A stretch of DNA of 55,674 nt, filler included, from Bipalium vagum (Eukaryota): the NCBI GenBank assembly GCA_037834085.1. It is 3 parts of 3 records of this genome, joined end to end, with 100 filler letters (N's around TTAATTAATTAA, not from the genome) between each part and the next. Parts side by side here need not be neighbours in the genome. Positions count along the whole stretch, not along the records: positions 1 to 16,561 come from JBBMKC010105452.1; 2 more parts are not named here. One strand, given 5' to 3'. Shown here one piece after another: positions 1 to 12,492 of the stretch (position 1 is its first letter; every line of letters starts with the position of its first letter). Made by a program: the position numbers and the translations under genes. The notes beneath the pieces are model-generated. The model had not been told where the DNA came from. It did not search any database and saw only the letters and a program-made list of their open reading frames with translations.

Positions 1-251
1 ATAGTAAATATAATTTAAATTTAAATTTAAATATATGATGTCATTTTTTATTATTTAAACAAAATTTCAAATTTTTTGAATTTAACAGGTAATTTTAATT
101 CAAAAATTTTTTAAAATGTTCAAATTTTAAAGTATACAGGTTTTCAATTAACACAGGTGACAATAACTTATATTTACAGTGTTTGGAATTAAATGTTCAA
201 ATAAAAGAGGTGTTCAGCTAACAAAGGTGTTCATTTATGCAGATTTCACTG
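1..251. mobile_element. Right part of a non-autonomous pogo/Tigger-type element (second copy at 6601-7213)
   Basis: 1-251 closely matches ~6965-7213 and ends in the TIR ...TTTCACTG followed by TA (252-253). Confidence 0.85.
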
Positions 252-966
252 TATAACCATTTTCGTTCTTAATTTTACTCTTGGCTAAATAATAGTATTT
301 TTAGAATTTTTCCACAAAACTTCTTCAAACCTTCTTAATTTTGGAAATTTATTTTCTCCGACGATTTCCTTTTGTTAATTATATACATTATTCGTATATC
401 ATTTATTTCTTTTTCCCTAAGATAGAGTTAACTGAGAAGAGCTTCTATTTTTCCAACTTGTTCGATTATTGATTCTCCGAAATGTTTTAGCTGTTCTCAT
501 TATTTTTATTTCATTTTTACTTTTATTTATCTTATTTTAACAGTCTATTTGTTGAGTTTTGCAGGCCTGGTAGTTTGTGATTTACTTGGACACATTGCAG
601 AGTCGTGTGTAGTGATTTAAGATATTTTGATATTTTCAGAATGGTTTGAAATATTAATATTAATAATTGAATATTATACAGTTTAGTCGAATAAATCCGA
701 AATTTTTTTAATCCTAATTAAAAGACGTAAGTGGATAAAACTAATAACTTTATTACAATAAAAACTAGTAAATAACTAAATGAAAGTGTAAATTTAAGGA
801 TTATTTTATTATTATTTGTGATCACAACCGTCTTAAAAAGGGTTCGAAATTTGCTACATTCTTGTTTGACCTCTTCATTATTTGTAGTTTTACATTTTTT
901 TAAAAAAACTTTGAGTGATTTATTTATCAAAATTAACATTTATCAATTCTTTTTTATTCTTCCTAG

Positions 967-3900
967 GCTTGTGCATTTTGAGAACGACCTGAAAATCATT
1001 TCAAGTTTCAGTCAAATCGTTTTATCTGTGAAGTGCATTAGAGTAAGTTGCTTCGATCAGAAAAGATAATGTTAATAATGACTGGTGTTGTTTTTTATTA
1101 CAATTTCAATGAAATATTAAATTATTGGGACACATAATAAGTCATTTCATATTTTATTAATATATACCAATTAGCACAGAAAAACATTTTCGGGATGTCA
1201 ATCAATGATATACTGTCCATTGAACTGGACAACCTGTGACCATATCTGTGGTAGTATTTCATTGCCTTTGCAATAAAAAAAGACCGATATGGTATTTTCA
1301 TTTTGAAATTCCTACCGAATTAAATAATTTTGAAGAGATCGAAATGAGTAATAATCCGATGGATTAATGTCAGGAGAATATGATATATATGATAAGATCT
1401 CCCATCCAATCATCTAATCTTTTCCTAAGTCAATCAAGCAGTATGTGGTCTCGAATTATGGTGTTGCAGACTCAGATTTTTTTGTTTCTTAAAATAGCAG
1501 TGAAAAACCTAACTCATTCTATCTAATTGTTGAGAAGAGTTTGGGGTTTATAGTGTTCTTATTTTCCAAGAGTTCCCAATACACATTGTCATAGAAGTCT
1601 AACCAAACAGACAACAACAATTTTTAAGGTGTGCACCACATTTTTCACTTGGTTTGAATTTAACCATTACCCATTTCTTTTGTTGTCAACGTAGAGAATC
1701 TATTTATCATCTCTAGTTATTAATCGGTCAAGAAATGGATCAGTTTGTAATTTGAAGAGTAGTCATGCACAAAGTTAGTTCTTCACATTTTATTCTCGTT
1801 TGTTAATTTTTACGGAACCAAAATACTTAGTTTGCTGATTTTTTCAATGGTTTTTAAATGATTCCAACTTTTTCTAACTGAAACGATGCCTACTTGCAAC
1901 ATGTCACCATCTACTACAGATTTTGCTTGGCCCTCCAAATCAAAATTATCTTTTAAAATTTTTTACATCAATTCTGGCATTGATGCACACTATTTGCTTC
2001 TGGATATGTTGCACAAGTGTTCTTGGTAGGAACTTTTGCGTTGAAACTGCTTTTAAACTGGAAGATCATCCATTACCAAATATTTATTTTTGTGAAACCC
2101 ATATTTTTAAACTAGAAATTTTAAAACTATTGGAATAAATTTAATAAATATCTAATATGATAAATATTTAAAAGGATAAATATATTTTTTTAAAAACTTA
2201 ATAAATTTATAAATTAGTTCAAATAATTGCAAATTGTTTATATATTAACTAAACAAACAAACAAGTATATTAAAATGGAAAATTACTAAGCCAAGTTAAG
2301 AAAATCATAGACAACAATTTTTAAAGTAAATTCATATTCTTCATTAACGTTTATTCTATAAACAATGTGCATTCATTAATGTGCAATGGAATGCGGACTA
2401 TGGTCGGCTGCATGTCTCAAACTTGTCCGGATGTCTTTGGAAGCTCCTTATAATTTGTTTATGTAATTTATTATAACAAATTTTATTCTAAATAATATTT
2501 AATGATCAAAGGAATGATAAAATATGTTTGGCTTCATAAAAAATCTATACATTTTACCTTTGAAATTATTCCAGATTTTTAGTGACCATTCTTATTCCTT
2601 AACCTAATATTTACTTTCGAGATTATCGAAAAGATATTTGAAGTACATTGGGATGTTATGAAATGTGGTGATTGATACTGACTTGTGAAATTTAATACTA
2701 TCAAAGATCAGATAAAAGTCAAAACGTCGATTGTTACCGTTGTAGCTATTATTGAGAGTTAACCGTCAGTATAAAATCGAATTTCAAAAAATATTTGAAA
2801 TGTTTTAAATATATTCTATTGATGAATTATTATATTGATTTACTATAAAATATGGCTGAATAAAATTTATTTTCTTGAAATATTTGGTTAGAATAGCTGA
2901 AATAAAGAACTTATCAATAAGATCAATATACAAAACCTTTATACAAACACTACCGTTAATATCAAAGGTAAAGTTTCTCAATCATAAGCTATTATTTAAT
3001 CTTAAAAGAAAACAATTGATTGAAAAATTATATGAAAAAAAATCGAAAATTGAAGGTTTTGTCAATTAATTGACATTCTCTGGACATATATTACAGAACT
3101 TTTTTTTCTATTAGATGTGATAATTTTAAATAATTATTGTTTCTTTTTTGTTGCACCAATATACGAAGTCTGTAATAAAATCAAATAATTAATATAATTT
3201 TTATATATAATTAAAAAGTTAGTGTTCACAAGATTAATGTATTAGGTGCCTCGAACAGAAATCGGCAATCAAAAAGCAAATAACAGATATATAATACAAA
3301 TTAATATCAATCAATTATGCATTAACCATCATTATAGAAAATCATCTGCCATCTTTCAATCAAGGACTGAATAATATCGGCCAAAAGTTTAGCAGACTTA
3401 ATCAATAAAAGATTTTTCAAATTTTATTTTACCTCTCATCATTGACAAACCGTTTACCTGTAAGGAAGTGCAGCAAAGATCGAAAAAGATAATAATCTAA
3501 TGACATAAGTATATAACATAATTAGAAACCACTCCAAATCATACAACGTCTTCTGCCTCGATTCACATTGGCAAATACACATTTTTCAATATACACATTT
3601 TTCCTATCTTATACTTCGGCTCACATACTTAACCGCACCAGGGACTAATGAAAAGATACTCTCATCAGCAATGCGAGACTATTCATCCAATACTCATTGT
3701 AAGTAGCTTCTTCGACCTTACAATATTTGATTCAATTTCGGTTTCTGCGCAGGTTAATTATTTATCTCACAAAGTCGTCTTCGCACAGTTCGTACAGAAA
3801 TATTACGGATAATATTCTTTGTATTTGGACATTACTTTATTAGTTGCTTTTTCACTTTAGTTAAATAATTAAAAAGAATAAATAAGAAATAATTCTAACA

Positions 3901-4818
3901 AAAGCATTAGTTATATAAAAACTAAGGATTTTAAAGTTTTACGAATTTTACCACTTACCTTTCTTTGTTCACGACTGTTATTTTGTTATATTACTAATAA
4001 GAAAATCTTAAGTTAAATTGATTTTTTTCTTAATTGTATTTAGCACAAAATTTAACAACTCTACAAATAAACGACTTTATACCAAAATCTTTGATAATTT
4101 CATTAATATACCAATAAGGTTCAGTCAGAATTTTTGTTTCTTATCGTTTCTATTCATCATTAAAATTTGAAAACTATTACAGAAACCAAATTTTCCTTCT
4201 AATTTCAAAAAAGGTGACATCTGGAAGGAAGTTAAAAACGTGTAAATCTATTAAATTTATAAACAGATTATTGAAAACAAATTCAGATTGAAAACTTTTT
4301 CATGTTGGGTTCACCTCTTCCAGTTTTCCTAGTTCTAAGAGGTCTGAAACCTCAAAATCTTGAGGATGATGAGATTGATCAGAATAATTTGTTACCAGAA
4401 CATATCTGCAAGAACATTTTCAATATATATCACCATTCAGACCCAGTTGTGAGCTCATATTACATTCTTCACATGTAATTTATTATTAAACGTTTTAGGC
4501 ATATCGACTTGAGCCTTTGATGATAAAAGAATATTCCAATGTGGAGCCAGTCAAAATTAAGACATTAACAATTGAAGACGAAATAGGTGATGAGAAATTA
4601 TCGGGAAAATCTGTAACTATTACATCTAGGTTCCACATCTGTAAAAGTCTTCTTTTTAGAAAATTCCAAACATCCAAGTAATATCCGCCACAGAAAGTGA
4701 GTGTTCGATAAGAGACGACGTCCTCTATTTTCAAACTGGTGACAATGAGTCTCGCTTTGCAAGTAAGGATATTATAATTGAATTAAAGTAATTATTACTA
4801 TTGCTATTATTATTACTA

Positions 4819-4877
<59 letters not shown>

Positions 4878-5527
4878 TTCAGTATTACCCAGAAGAAATT
4901 CCAATATACAAAAATATATTTCAGAAATAATACTTTTGTGTTCTGATTATTTAAACAATAATCATTAATAAATTTAATTATTTTTATAATAATAATATTA
5001 ATAGTAGTAGTAGCAGTAGTATTAAAAATAATAATATAATAATAAATAATATAATATAATAATAACAATAATAATAATAATATAATAATAATAAATTATA
5101 ATAATTTTTCTAAAATATTTCTCGAATAATTTTTATAGGAAGACTAAGTAGGAAAAGGTCAATTTTACCACCTGTGGACGAGCTGAAAATAAAATTTCAC
5201 GCTTTAAAAGAGTATTCGGTTTTCAGTAAGTTCTGTTTTTGACATCTTAAAAAATTAATTTTTGTTTAAGAACGTTTCAGATTATTTTTGAACATTCTTA
5301 AGAATAAAGATATGAAAGAAAATGAAATAGAAACGACTGCCAAGGCGCAACATAAAAGTTTTAAAGAAAAATTAAGGTTGAAGCACCGTTTAGATTATAC
5401 GCTTGGAGAAGAGAGTGGCTTTAAATCATATATTTCTCTCTTTACGTCTCACATCAGTTACTGGGATGATGCTAATTTATGTAAATTTATCATAGATAAA
5501 ATTATCACTCCTTTCAAAAATGTTTGA
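967..5527 (+). CDS. DDHD1: DDHD-domain intracellular phospholipase A1 (DDHD1/PA-PLA1-like), 3' part of gene; exons 967-1042 (probable), 4287-4448, 4499-4612, 4660-4762, 5139-5225, 5271-5527
   Basis: GT-AG splicing gives an open frame IENFFMLGSPLPVFLVLRG...LLPEHICKNIFNIYHHSDPV|AYRLEPLMIKEYSNVEPVKI...RLDYTLGEESGFKSYISLFTSHISYWDDANLCKFII. This matches the DDHD-domain motifs FFxxGSPL, NIxHxxDPVAYRLEP, RxDY and SHxxYW. Introns are 50, 47, 376 and 45 bp; stop TGA 5525-5527. Exon 967-1042 has strong splice signals and joins in phase but is less certain. The lipase GxSxG-containing exons are not seen and are presumably upstream of the window. Confidence 0.9.
1115..2140 (-). mobile_element. Decayed mariner (DD34D) transposon in the probable DDHD1 intron
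   Basis: Minus-strand fragments PFLDRLITRDDK (ITGDEKW motif), VYWELL, HHNSRPHTA, GWEIL..YSPDINPSDYY..FRSLQNYL and NGQYIID*, with many stops and frameshifts. Confidence 0.85.
4790..5100. repeat. (TAT)n/(AAT)n microsatellite and low-complexity sequence in a DDHD1 intron
   Basis: Pure TAT run at ~4823-4872 and AAT-rich tract at ~5030-5095; this explains spurious ORF 4772-5068. Confidence 0.9.
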
Positions 5528-6129
5528 AAGTAAAATGATAAAAAAATGATATAATTTTTCAATCTTGTTTTTACATGAGCTTGAATCTTATTTTAATTTA
5601 ACTATAAATTATAAAAATAATAAAAAAATAAAAAAAACAAAAACTTTACCAATATAAAACTTTAAATATTTTTAAAAATATTTTTATTATTTAAATTAAT
5701 AAATCTTTCATTTTAATGTTAATAAAACAATGAATATTAAAACAAAATTAATTCAAATAACTTTTTAAAAAATCAATAAACTTGCATTCAATGTTGAAAA
5801 AGTTTTTTTTATGTATAAAATAAATAATATACTTATTACAAAGTAATTTAAAGAATAATTGTATTAATTATAATTATAGAAGAATACATTTTACTAATTT
5901 TGGTATATTATTAATTTAACAAAAATTATTATAATTACTGATACTATTCACTTATTTTATGTTTTCACATCCCATGTGAGTATATTATTTCATAATTAGG
6001 ATCTTCATCACTGCAGAATTACGCATTCGTAAATCGATAGTAGAGAAAAACTGTAATGTTAAAGTAGCTCCACAAACCTTCAAATATTATCTAAATTATT
6101 TAAATAATTATTCATATTGTTGTAGAGCC

Positions 6130-6490
6130 TTGATCTCGATCATTTCATTGATGGATGATACCAGTAGAACAAGTGACTCCAAACCTGACTACTGGGTTTG
6201 ACATTGTGAACTCAAAGCTTATGGTTGCATTGGAATCCCGTTTTCAGGGCAAAAACTCAGAGTACACCTTGCATCATTGCATAATTATAGACTCATTTGT
6301 ACCTTCACTTAAAAGCTGAATTAAGCAGTATCTACCTTGATGATAAATATTACCTATTGGTGGTGGTTAGGTTAAATTACTTCTAGCTGTCGTTATCCAT
6401 CTAATCTTCAGTGAAACATCTCTCCTGAATATCTTCAAACAAGCCTTGAATACTTCAATGACATCTCTGATCTTAACTTTCGTTAACCCC
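6130..6490 (+). mobile_element. Possible highly decayed non-LTR retrotransposon RT fragment
   Basis: Fragment SPEYLQTSLEYFNDISDLNF resembles the helix following the YADD motif of LINE RTs; no intact motifs. Confidence 0.3.
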
Positions 6491-6600
6491 ATTATCATTT
6501 TTAAACATTCTATACACATTTTAATTTATTCTTTAACAATAATTTCCTTTAATGGTATTTTAAGAAAGTTTGCACTTTATAATTAATTAGTATTTAATTA

Positions 6601-7213
6601 CAGTGAAACCTGCTTAAATTGAACACCGTAGTGTCCTTGCTGAAAAATTCAAATTAGAGAGGTGTTCAAGTTTAACAGGTTACATTACACATCTGTTTAC
6701 ACTTTTGTTCAATTTTACAAGGTTTTTGAAAAATAAAAATTAGGTAATTAAATTCAACAACTTAAAGTACTACAAAATTAAATAACGAATATGTAATTAT
6801 TTATTTTTTTTTTAAATATTGATCAATGAAGGTTGTTTTCAATACAGTTATCTTTTTTGATTCTACGTACTATTGAGATTCTATATTTCTTAACAACAGC
6901 TCGTACGGACAAACCGTTCTTCAAATCATGTTGACATTTTATTTTCTCTAAAATACTTAGGTGAATAGTAAATATAATTTAAATTTAAATTTATGATGTC
7001 ATTTTTTTATTATTTAAACAAAATTTCAAATTTTTTTGAATTTAACAGGTAATTTTAATTCAAAAAATTTTTAAAAAGCGTTCAAATTTTAAAGTATACA
7101 GGTTTTCAATTGACACCGATGACAATAACTTCTATTTACAGTGTACGGAATTAAATTTTCAAATAAAAGAGGTGTTCAACTAACAAATGTGTTCATTTAT
7201 ACAGGTTTCACTG
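6601..7213 (-). mobile_element. Non-autonomous pogo/Tigger-type element (MITE/deletion derivative)
   Basis: TIRs CAGTGAAACCTG...CAGGTTTCACTG flanked by TA on both sides. Internal minus-strand HTH-psq remnant LSILEKIK...LKNGLSVRAVVKKY. Second copy at 1-251. Confidence 0.88.
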
Positions 7214-8442
7214 TATTATTTTTAGTATTATTATTATACTTTTGTCCCTTTTGTGGTATTAATAATTAATTTTTACAACGGTTAACAGGAATGTGTCCTT
7301 TGCTAACCCAACAAAGGGTATTTTAAGAAAGTAGACTGCATAAATATATTTATTTTTAACATTGTTTTTTAATCAGTGTATATTATTTAAATACTTTTAT
7401 AAAAATAAAAATTATTCAATAACAAAGTAGTTGTTATCTAGGATTTCTTTTAATTAGAAATAAAATTACAGTACTATTAAATACCAATGTAAAGTTAACA
7501 ATTAAAATTATATGAATATACATGCTTCTTGAGTTTTCTTTTGCTTGTAGTTCCACTGAACTATTCGGTTTAAACTTAGTTCTTATCAGAGGGACTTTTC
7601 ATTTACTTTGGAAGCGAAAGATTATTCTTGACTTGAAGTAAAATGTTAGATTCAAAAAATAGAGACAATATTAAAATGTTTCAGCATAATTAACAATTAT
7701 GTTGATAAATCATGATCTGAAGAAGGAAGGAAGATAAAAATCTATAGTAAAAGTTAGATATTTGTGATCAAAATCCGAAACACCCGACCACAGATACAAA
7801 ACGATAAATTAGTGTCATACCATTTGTAAAATTATTTATTCCCATATCAAACAAAATTAATTTCAGCAAGATTCTTCCACATTCTAAGTGATAACAAGAA
7901 ACTTAATTTATTGAACCCAAACTGGTTCTCATTTCATGTAAGAAAAAAAATATTGAGCAATTAGATTAGAATATTGTGTTCCAGTATATATTTTTTCAAA
8001 TTTTCATTTAATATTATAAACGATTTTGAAATAATTTTCGAAACCTTATGGAGAAAGCTCGATGAATTTTTCAGGAAATGAAATGAACCTATTCTGGGGA
8101 TTAACTACCATACATAGAATCGAAGTCTGACCAACTGTAAATTCAAAAGGTTAACCTTAAAACAGAAATATGACACAGTCCATGTAACTAATTAAAGTTT
8201 GGTGTCTAACTGACAAAACGGTACAAGTATTATTTACATCTCAAGGTAACCTCACGATTAAAGTGAGATGCAACCCCAACAAATACCTAACATGTGCATT
8301 GGATTGATGAGCTTTAATAAATAACATATTGAATTAACATTGTTGTTAATGTATGAGTCTCCAGTCAATTATAATTAAAATATATAGTTGAAACTGATCA
8401 AAAGAATTCAAACTATTATAGTTACTGTTAAACAAACTTGTA

Positions 8443-10841
8443 CAGTAATGATTTTTAGTTTAAGACACCCAATATAAAACTGAATTGTAATTCATTTGTA
8501 TCAATTTTTATCATTTTCATATTTCATTTAATAAGCTATTTTAATCATTTAATGATTTTTTTTAATTTAAATTTTATCACTTAAAATTAAATCTTTTATT
8601 ATTAAGTTAAATCATTTAAAATATCATTTTATTATTTAAAAATTCTTATGGGTAAACGAACAATAGACGATTCATTATACTGGCAAATTATTGAGGCTCA
8701 TCGTGTCGGAAAACTAAGAAGCGCATAGCCGAAGTTTTACAAGTATCCAGGACATGTGTTTTGCAAACAATCCGTCGATTTTAAGAAACAGGAATGGTTA
8801 AACATCGTCCTAGGTCTGGGCGTCCAAAGCTATTTACTTTCCGAAATGAACGATACGTATATCGTTTATGCAGAGAGAATCGTCGTGCAACATCGGCAGA
8901 ATTGAGGAAAGCATCGAGTATTAATATATCAGAATCACATGTCCGCAAAATTTTGGTTAAGTACCGACTTAGAGCTAGGACTAGTTATAAAATTCCCATG
9001 TTACGTGTTGGTAATAGACGGACTAGAATTCAATGGTGTTCACGCAGATTAAGTTGGAATCAAATTATCCGGACCGATGAATGCTTCTTTGCCTTTAAAG
9101 GGATCATCCATCAAACCCAACAACAATCCAACAACACAATATCCGACGACAAAAAGGACAAGGAGGCTGATATAATAACAATTGACTAATAAACCTTTTG
9201 TGATCTAATTTACAATGACAATGTGCATGAAAAATATACGTAGTAATATTTGATAAACTTCGTGATCATCTTTTTATGATATTTAATAAATCTTTGTAAT
9301 CATCTTTTATGATAACATTTTATAAAACATTTTAGTTACTGTAATATAAAAATAAAAAAAAATAAAATAAAAATTTTTTAAATTAATAATTAAGCTCATA
9401 AAATATTAATAATTCAGAAAAGACATAATTATCAAAAAATAAACATTCGTCAAATAATATAGAAAAGAGGCTTATTGGGCATATTTACCAAAAATAAATA
9501 ATAAAGATAAAATTTATTTACCCAAAATAAATAATAAAGATAAAATTTATTTACCCAAAATAAATATTCGCTATCAGTCGCTAACAATATTAGAAATATC
9601 GCGATAAAATTAGCAAAATATATTTGCGTAAAATAAATATTCGCCAGCAAGCGTTAGCAATATTAGAAAGATTGCGATAAAATTGGTAAGTAACAATTAA
9701 GCCAATCAGGAACATCAAAGGCTGAAAACACGATTATATAAACCCCTGCTTTCAGTCATAAAATCAGTCAAAATTTTTATCCAGAGAGGACACGAGATTC
9801 CAAGGTTATTAACCCTTCAAGAGAATAACGATAAATCCAAAGACGAATTAATACGATAATAAAAAATTAAAAATAATAATTAATTAAAATTTTATTAACA
9901 CTTCGGCAATTAAAGAAATCTTCTTTACATTGTCAATTCTTTTACAAATTTTCCAATTTCTGTTTTCTGTTTTCTTATACACCCTACTCTACTAACCTCT
10001 AGGATTTAGAGTAAGACTTTTAATTTTAATAGAGAACTCTTCGATTTTTCAACAATCAAGAGAGAAAAATACATATATTCTTATATTTAAATAAATTCTT
10101 ATATTTAGAAATAAAATTCTTATATTTGGAAATATAATACTTATATTCATGAAAAACCCTGTAATAATTTTTTCAAATAAATATGATAATAATATAATAA
10201 AAGGTGTGCTATTGTTATAAAGAGTCGTGTATAAATTGTAATAAAACAAATACATATTTTTAAACACAATGGTTATTTTAGTTCTTTTCAGATTGTCTTA
10301 TTAAATTTACTTCTTTCTGAGAAGTTGGTGAGCTCTGTTAATTAAAACAAATAATAATAATGTCAAGGCTTATGACTTCATTATGGAATTAGAGAACTCC
10401 TTAATCCCATCTATTGAATTATTCCAAATCCCAGATTTCAAAATTGTTATGAATAATATCCCTGTTCATAAATCAAAAAGGTCAGCAATGGTTACATGAT
10501 CATAATATGGACGATTGTATTGTACCATGGCCTGCTCAAAGTCCAGATTTGAACTGAATAGAAAATACATGGGGTATAATGAATCAGAATGTGACAAGGA
10601 AAACAGTTCGCAATGTTGAAGAACTCATTGAGAGTATTCATGAAGCTTGGTTATCAATATCAAGTAAACATTGTGAGCGTATGGTTTCTTCAATAGGTAG
10701 ACGTCTTCAGCAAATAGTTCAACACCATGGCTATATCACAAAATACTAACATGTATAATTATCCATAAAAATATGTGTCATTTTCTTTTCTTATATATGT
10801 ATATTTTTATATAGGGTGTTTTAAACTTAAAATCAATACTG
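8443..10841 (+). mobile_element. Tc1 transposon, decayed and interrupted by a ~1.25-kb insertion
   Basis: ~34-bp TIRs (CAGTAATGATTTTTAGTTTAAGACACCC / GGGTGTTTTAAACTTAAAATCAATACTG) with TA TSDs. Transposase from ATG 8648 includes RPRSGRPK...IRTDE, resumes at ~10370 with WPAQSPDLN*IENTWG...GYITKY* (10749). Confidence 0.92.
9100..10362 (+). mobile_element. Unclassified insertion in the Tc1, possibly the 3' end/terminal repeat of a retroelement
   Basis: Non-Tc1 sequence between the two halves of the DDE domain: an ORF tail ending 9189, 33-bp, ~73-bp and ~20-bp tandem repeats, CCAAT (9702), TATATAA (~9735), TCAGTC, and a short (AAT)n end. Confidence 0.5.
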
Positions 10842-11187
10842 TACGTATTTTATTTTTTAATAATATTCTTAATCTGATACTTTTGGAAGCCTGGTAAATA
10901 GTTGTAGCTTTTAGAATTTTTTTGAATAAATTAACTCAATACATGTGGTTTAAATGTTTATAAACAGTTAAAATTATGTATAAATTAAAAAAATAAGTTT
11001 TAACTTAAAATTATATTTAACATTTTTCAAAGTACAAATATTCATTAATAACTGTTGATTTTCAGTATAGTTAATAAATACGAAAAAAATATCACTATTT
11101 GTTTAAATAAATAGTTTGATTTATCAAACATAATAGTGTGGTTTATATTTCCGAATTTTGATTTCAATTGAATTTTAATTGTTAACT

Positions 11188-12492
11188 ATGGCCAAAAAGT
11201 CTTATGATTTGCTGTTTAAATTGTTATTAATTGGAGATTCTGGAGTAGGCAAAACTTGCATGTTATTTTCTTATGTTGATGGAGCATATTCTCCAACATA
11301 CATATCCACAATAGGAATTGATTTTAAAATTAAAACCATTGACATTGGTGGTAAGAAAATCAAATTACAAGTGATGTTTGTGATTGAAAAATCAAAAATT
11401 TAAAACAAAAACCATTTTCAGATCTGGGATACAGCCGGACAAGAAAGATTTCACACCATCACAATGTCGTATTATCGCGGTGCAATGGGCATAATGTTGG
11501 TTTACGATATTACTGCACGTAAGAGTTTTGACAATATCAGCCGTTGGTTAGGAAATATTCATCAGCATGCCTCGGAAACAGTTGAAGTGATAATTGTAGC
11601 GAACAAGAGTGACATGGCCGAAAGAAGAGTCGTGACACAGGAAGAAGGCAATAAAGTGGCAAAAAGTAATGGGGTAATCCATGTCTTGTTGCAAAATAAT
11701 TTCTATTAATTTCGATCGATAAATGATTTCGTGAAGGAATCTTTTCTTATTCTATAAAATCAGAAATTGATTCGATATAAATACTCTTCATTAATTATAT
11801 TAAAAAATTAAACAATTTATATCGCACTGTTCAGCATGTTTATGGGCCTGGGTTCTTTATTTTATTTCAGACTGAACGTGATAAATATTATCAAAGGACT
11901 TTGAACGTTCTTTGAATCAATAGTAAAATCATTATTGTGTTATCGAAATCTTTTTTATCATTAAAAACGATTATCGCTGATTATTATAATCATCAATGAT
12001 CAATTCTAAAATATTTGTCTATGTAGTCTTCATGTCAATACAATTTATGTTATTGATTGATAAATATTTAAATATTAATAGTATATGATAAAAATCATAA
12101 TAGAAATAATAATAATATACTATTAATAATGAAGAAATCATAGAAATGATAATTAATAATAATGATCGATATTATAATTATGATAATTTACATGACCATA
12201 ATAATCGATAATAATAACATTGTATTAATAAAAATTAATGTGATTGGTCTGATGTAATGTGAAATATAAATCGTATTGATTTGGTTTTGTTGAATATATT
12301 TTTTTCAAGATCAAATTCGTCGAGACTAGTGCCAAGACCGGTGAAAACATAAGTGCTGCTTTTGAAAATTTGACATTGTCAATTTTAAAGAAACATCCTC
12401 AGGAAGAAGAGTCTGCATCTTACGGTACTCAGCGACTTCCATCGTCATCAGCGAGAAACGATTCCTACGGAGTGAAATGTTGTCAGTATTGA
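11188..12492 (+). CDS. RAB10: Ras-related small GTPase Rab10, 205 aa; exons 11188-11370, 11422-11673, 12310-12492
   Basis: [23 protein letters not shown]...[13 protein letters not shown]...KLQ|[31 protein letters not shown]...NKSD...G|IKFVETSAK...KCCQY*. All G-boxes are present. MAKKxYDLLF and ERFHTIT are Rab10-type signatures, and the C-terminus has a CCxx prenylation motif. GT-AG introns are 51 and 636 bp. Confidence 0.95.

Noticed and set aside
3300-3800. LINE endonuclease-like debris (also RT-like debris at ~24100-24560)
   Set aside because: Motifs too decayed to support a specific call.
4044-4239. Extra DDHD1 exon candidates (4044-4118, 4183-4213/4239)
   Set aside because: Several mutually exclusive frames with no motif support; exon 967-1042 already joins 4287 in phase.
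4495-4734. Minus-strand 79-aa ORF
   Set aside because: Antisense shadow of DDHD1 exons.
7717-7800. CTGAAGA...CCGAAAC hammerhead-like core (also CTGATGA...GAAA on the minus strand at ~55013-55037)
   Set aside because: No stem I/III or NUH cleavage triplet, and stem II is not properly closed.
9483-9690. Repeat arrays as CRISPR-like
   Set aside because: Head-to-tail tandem repeats without unique spacers, in a eukaryotic context with no cas genes.
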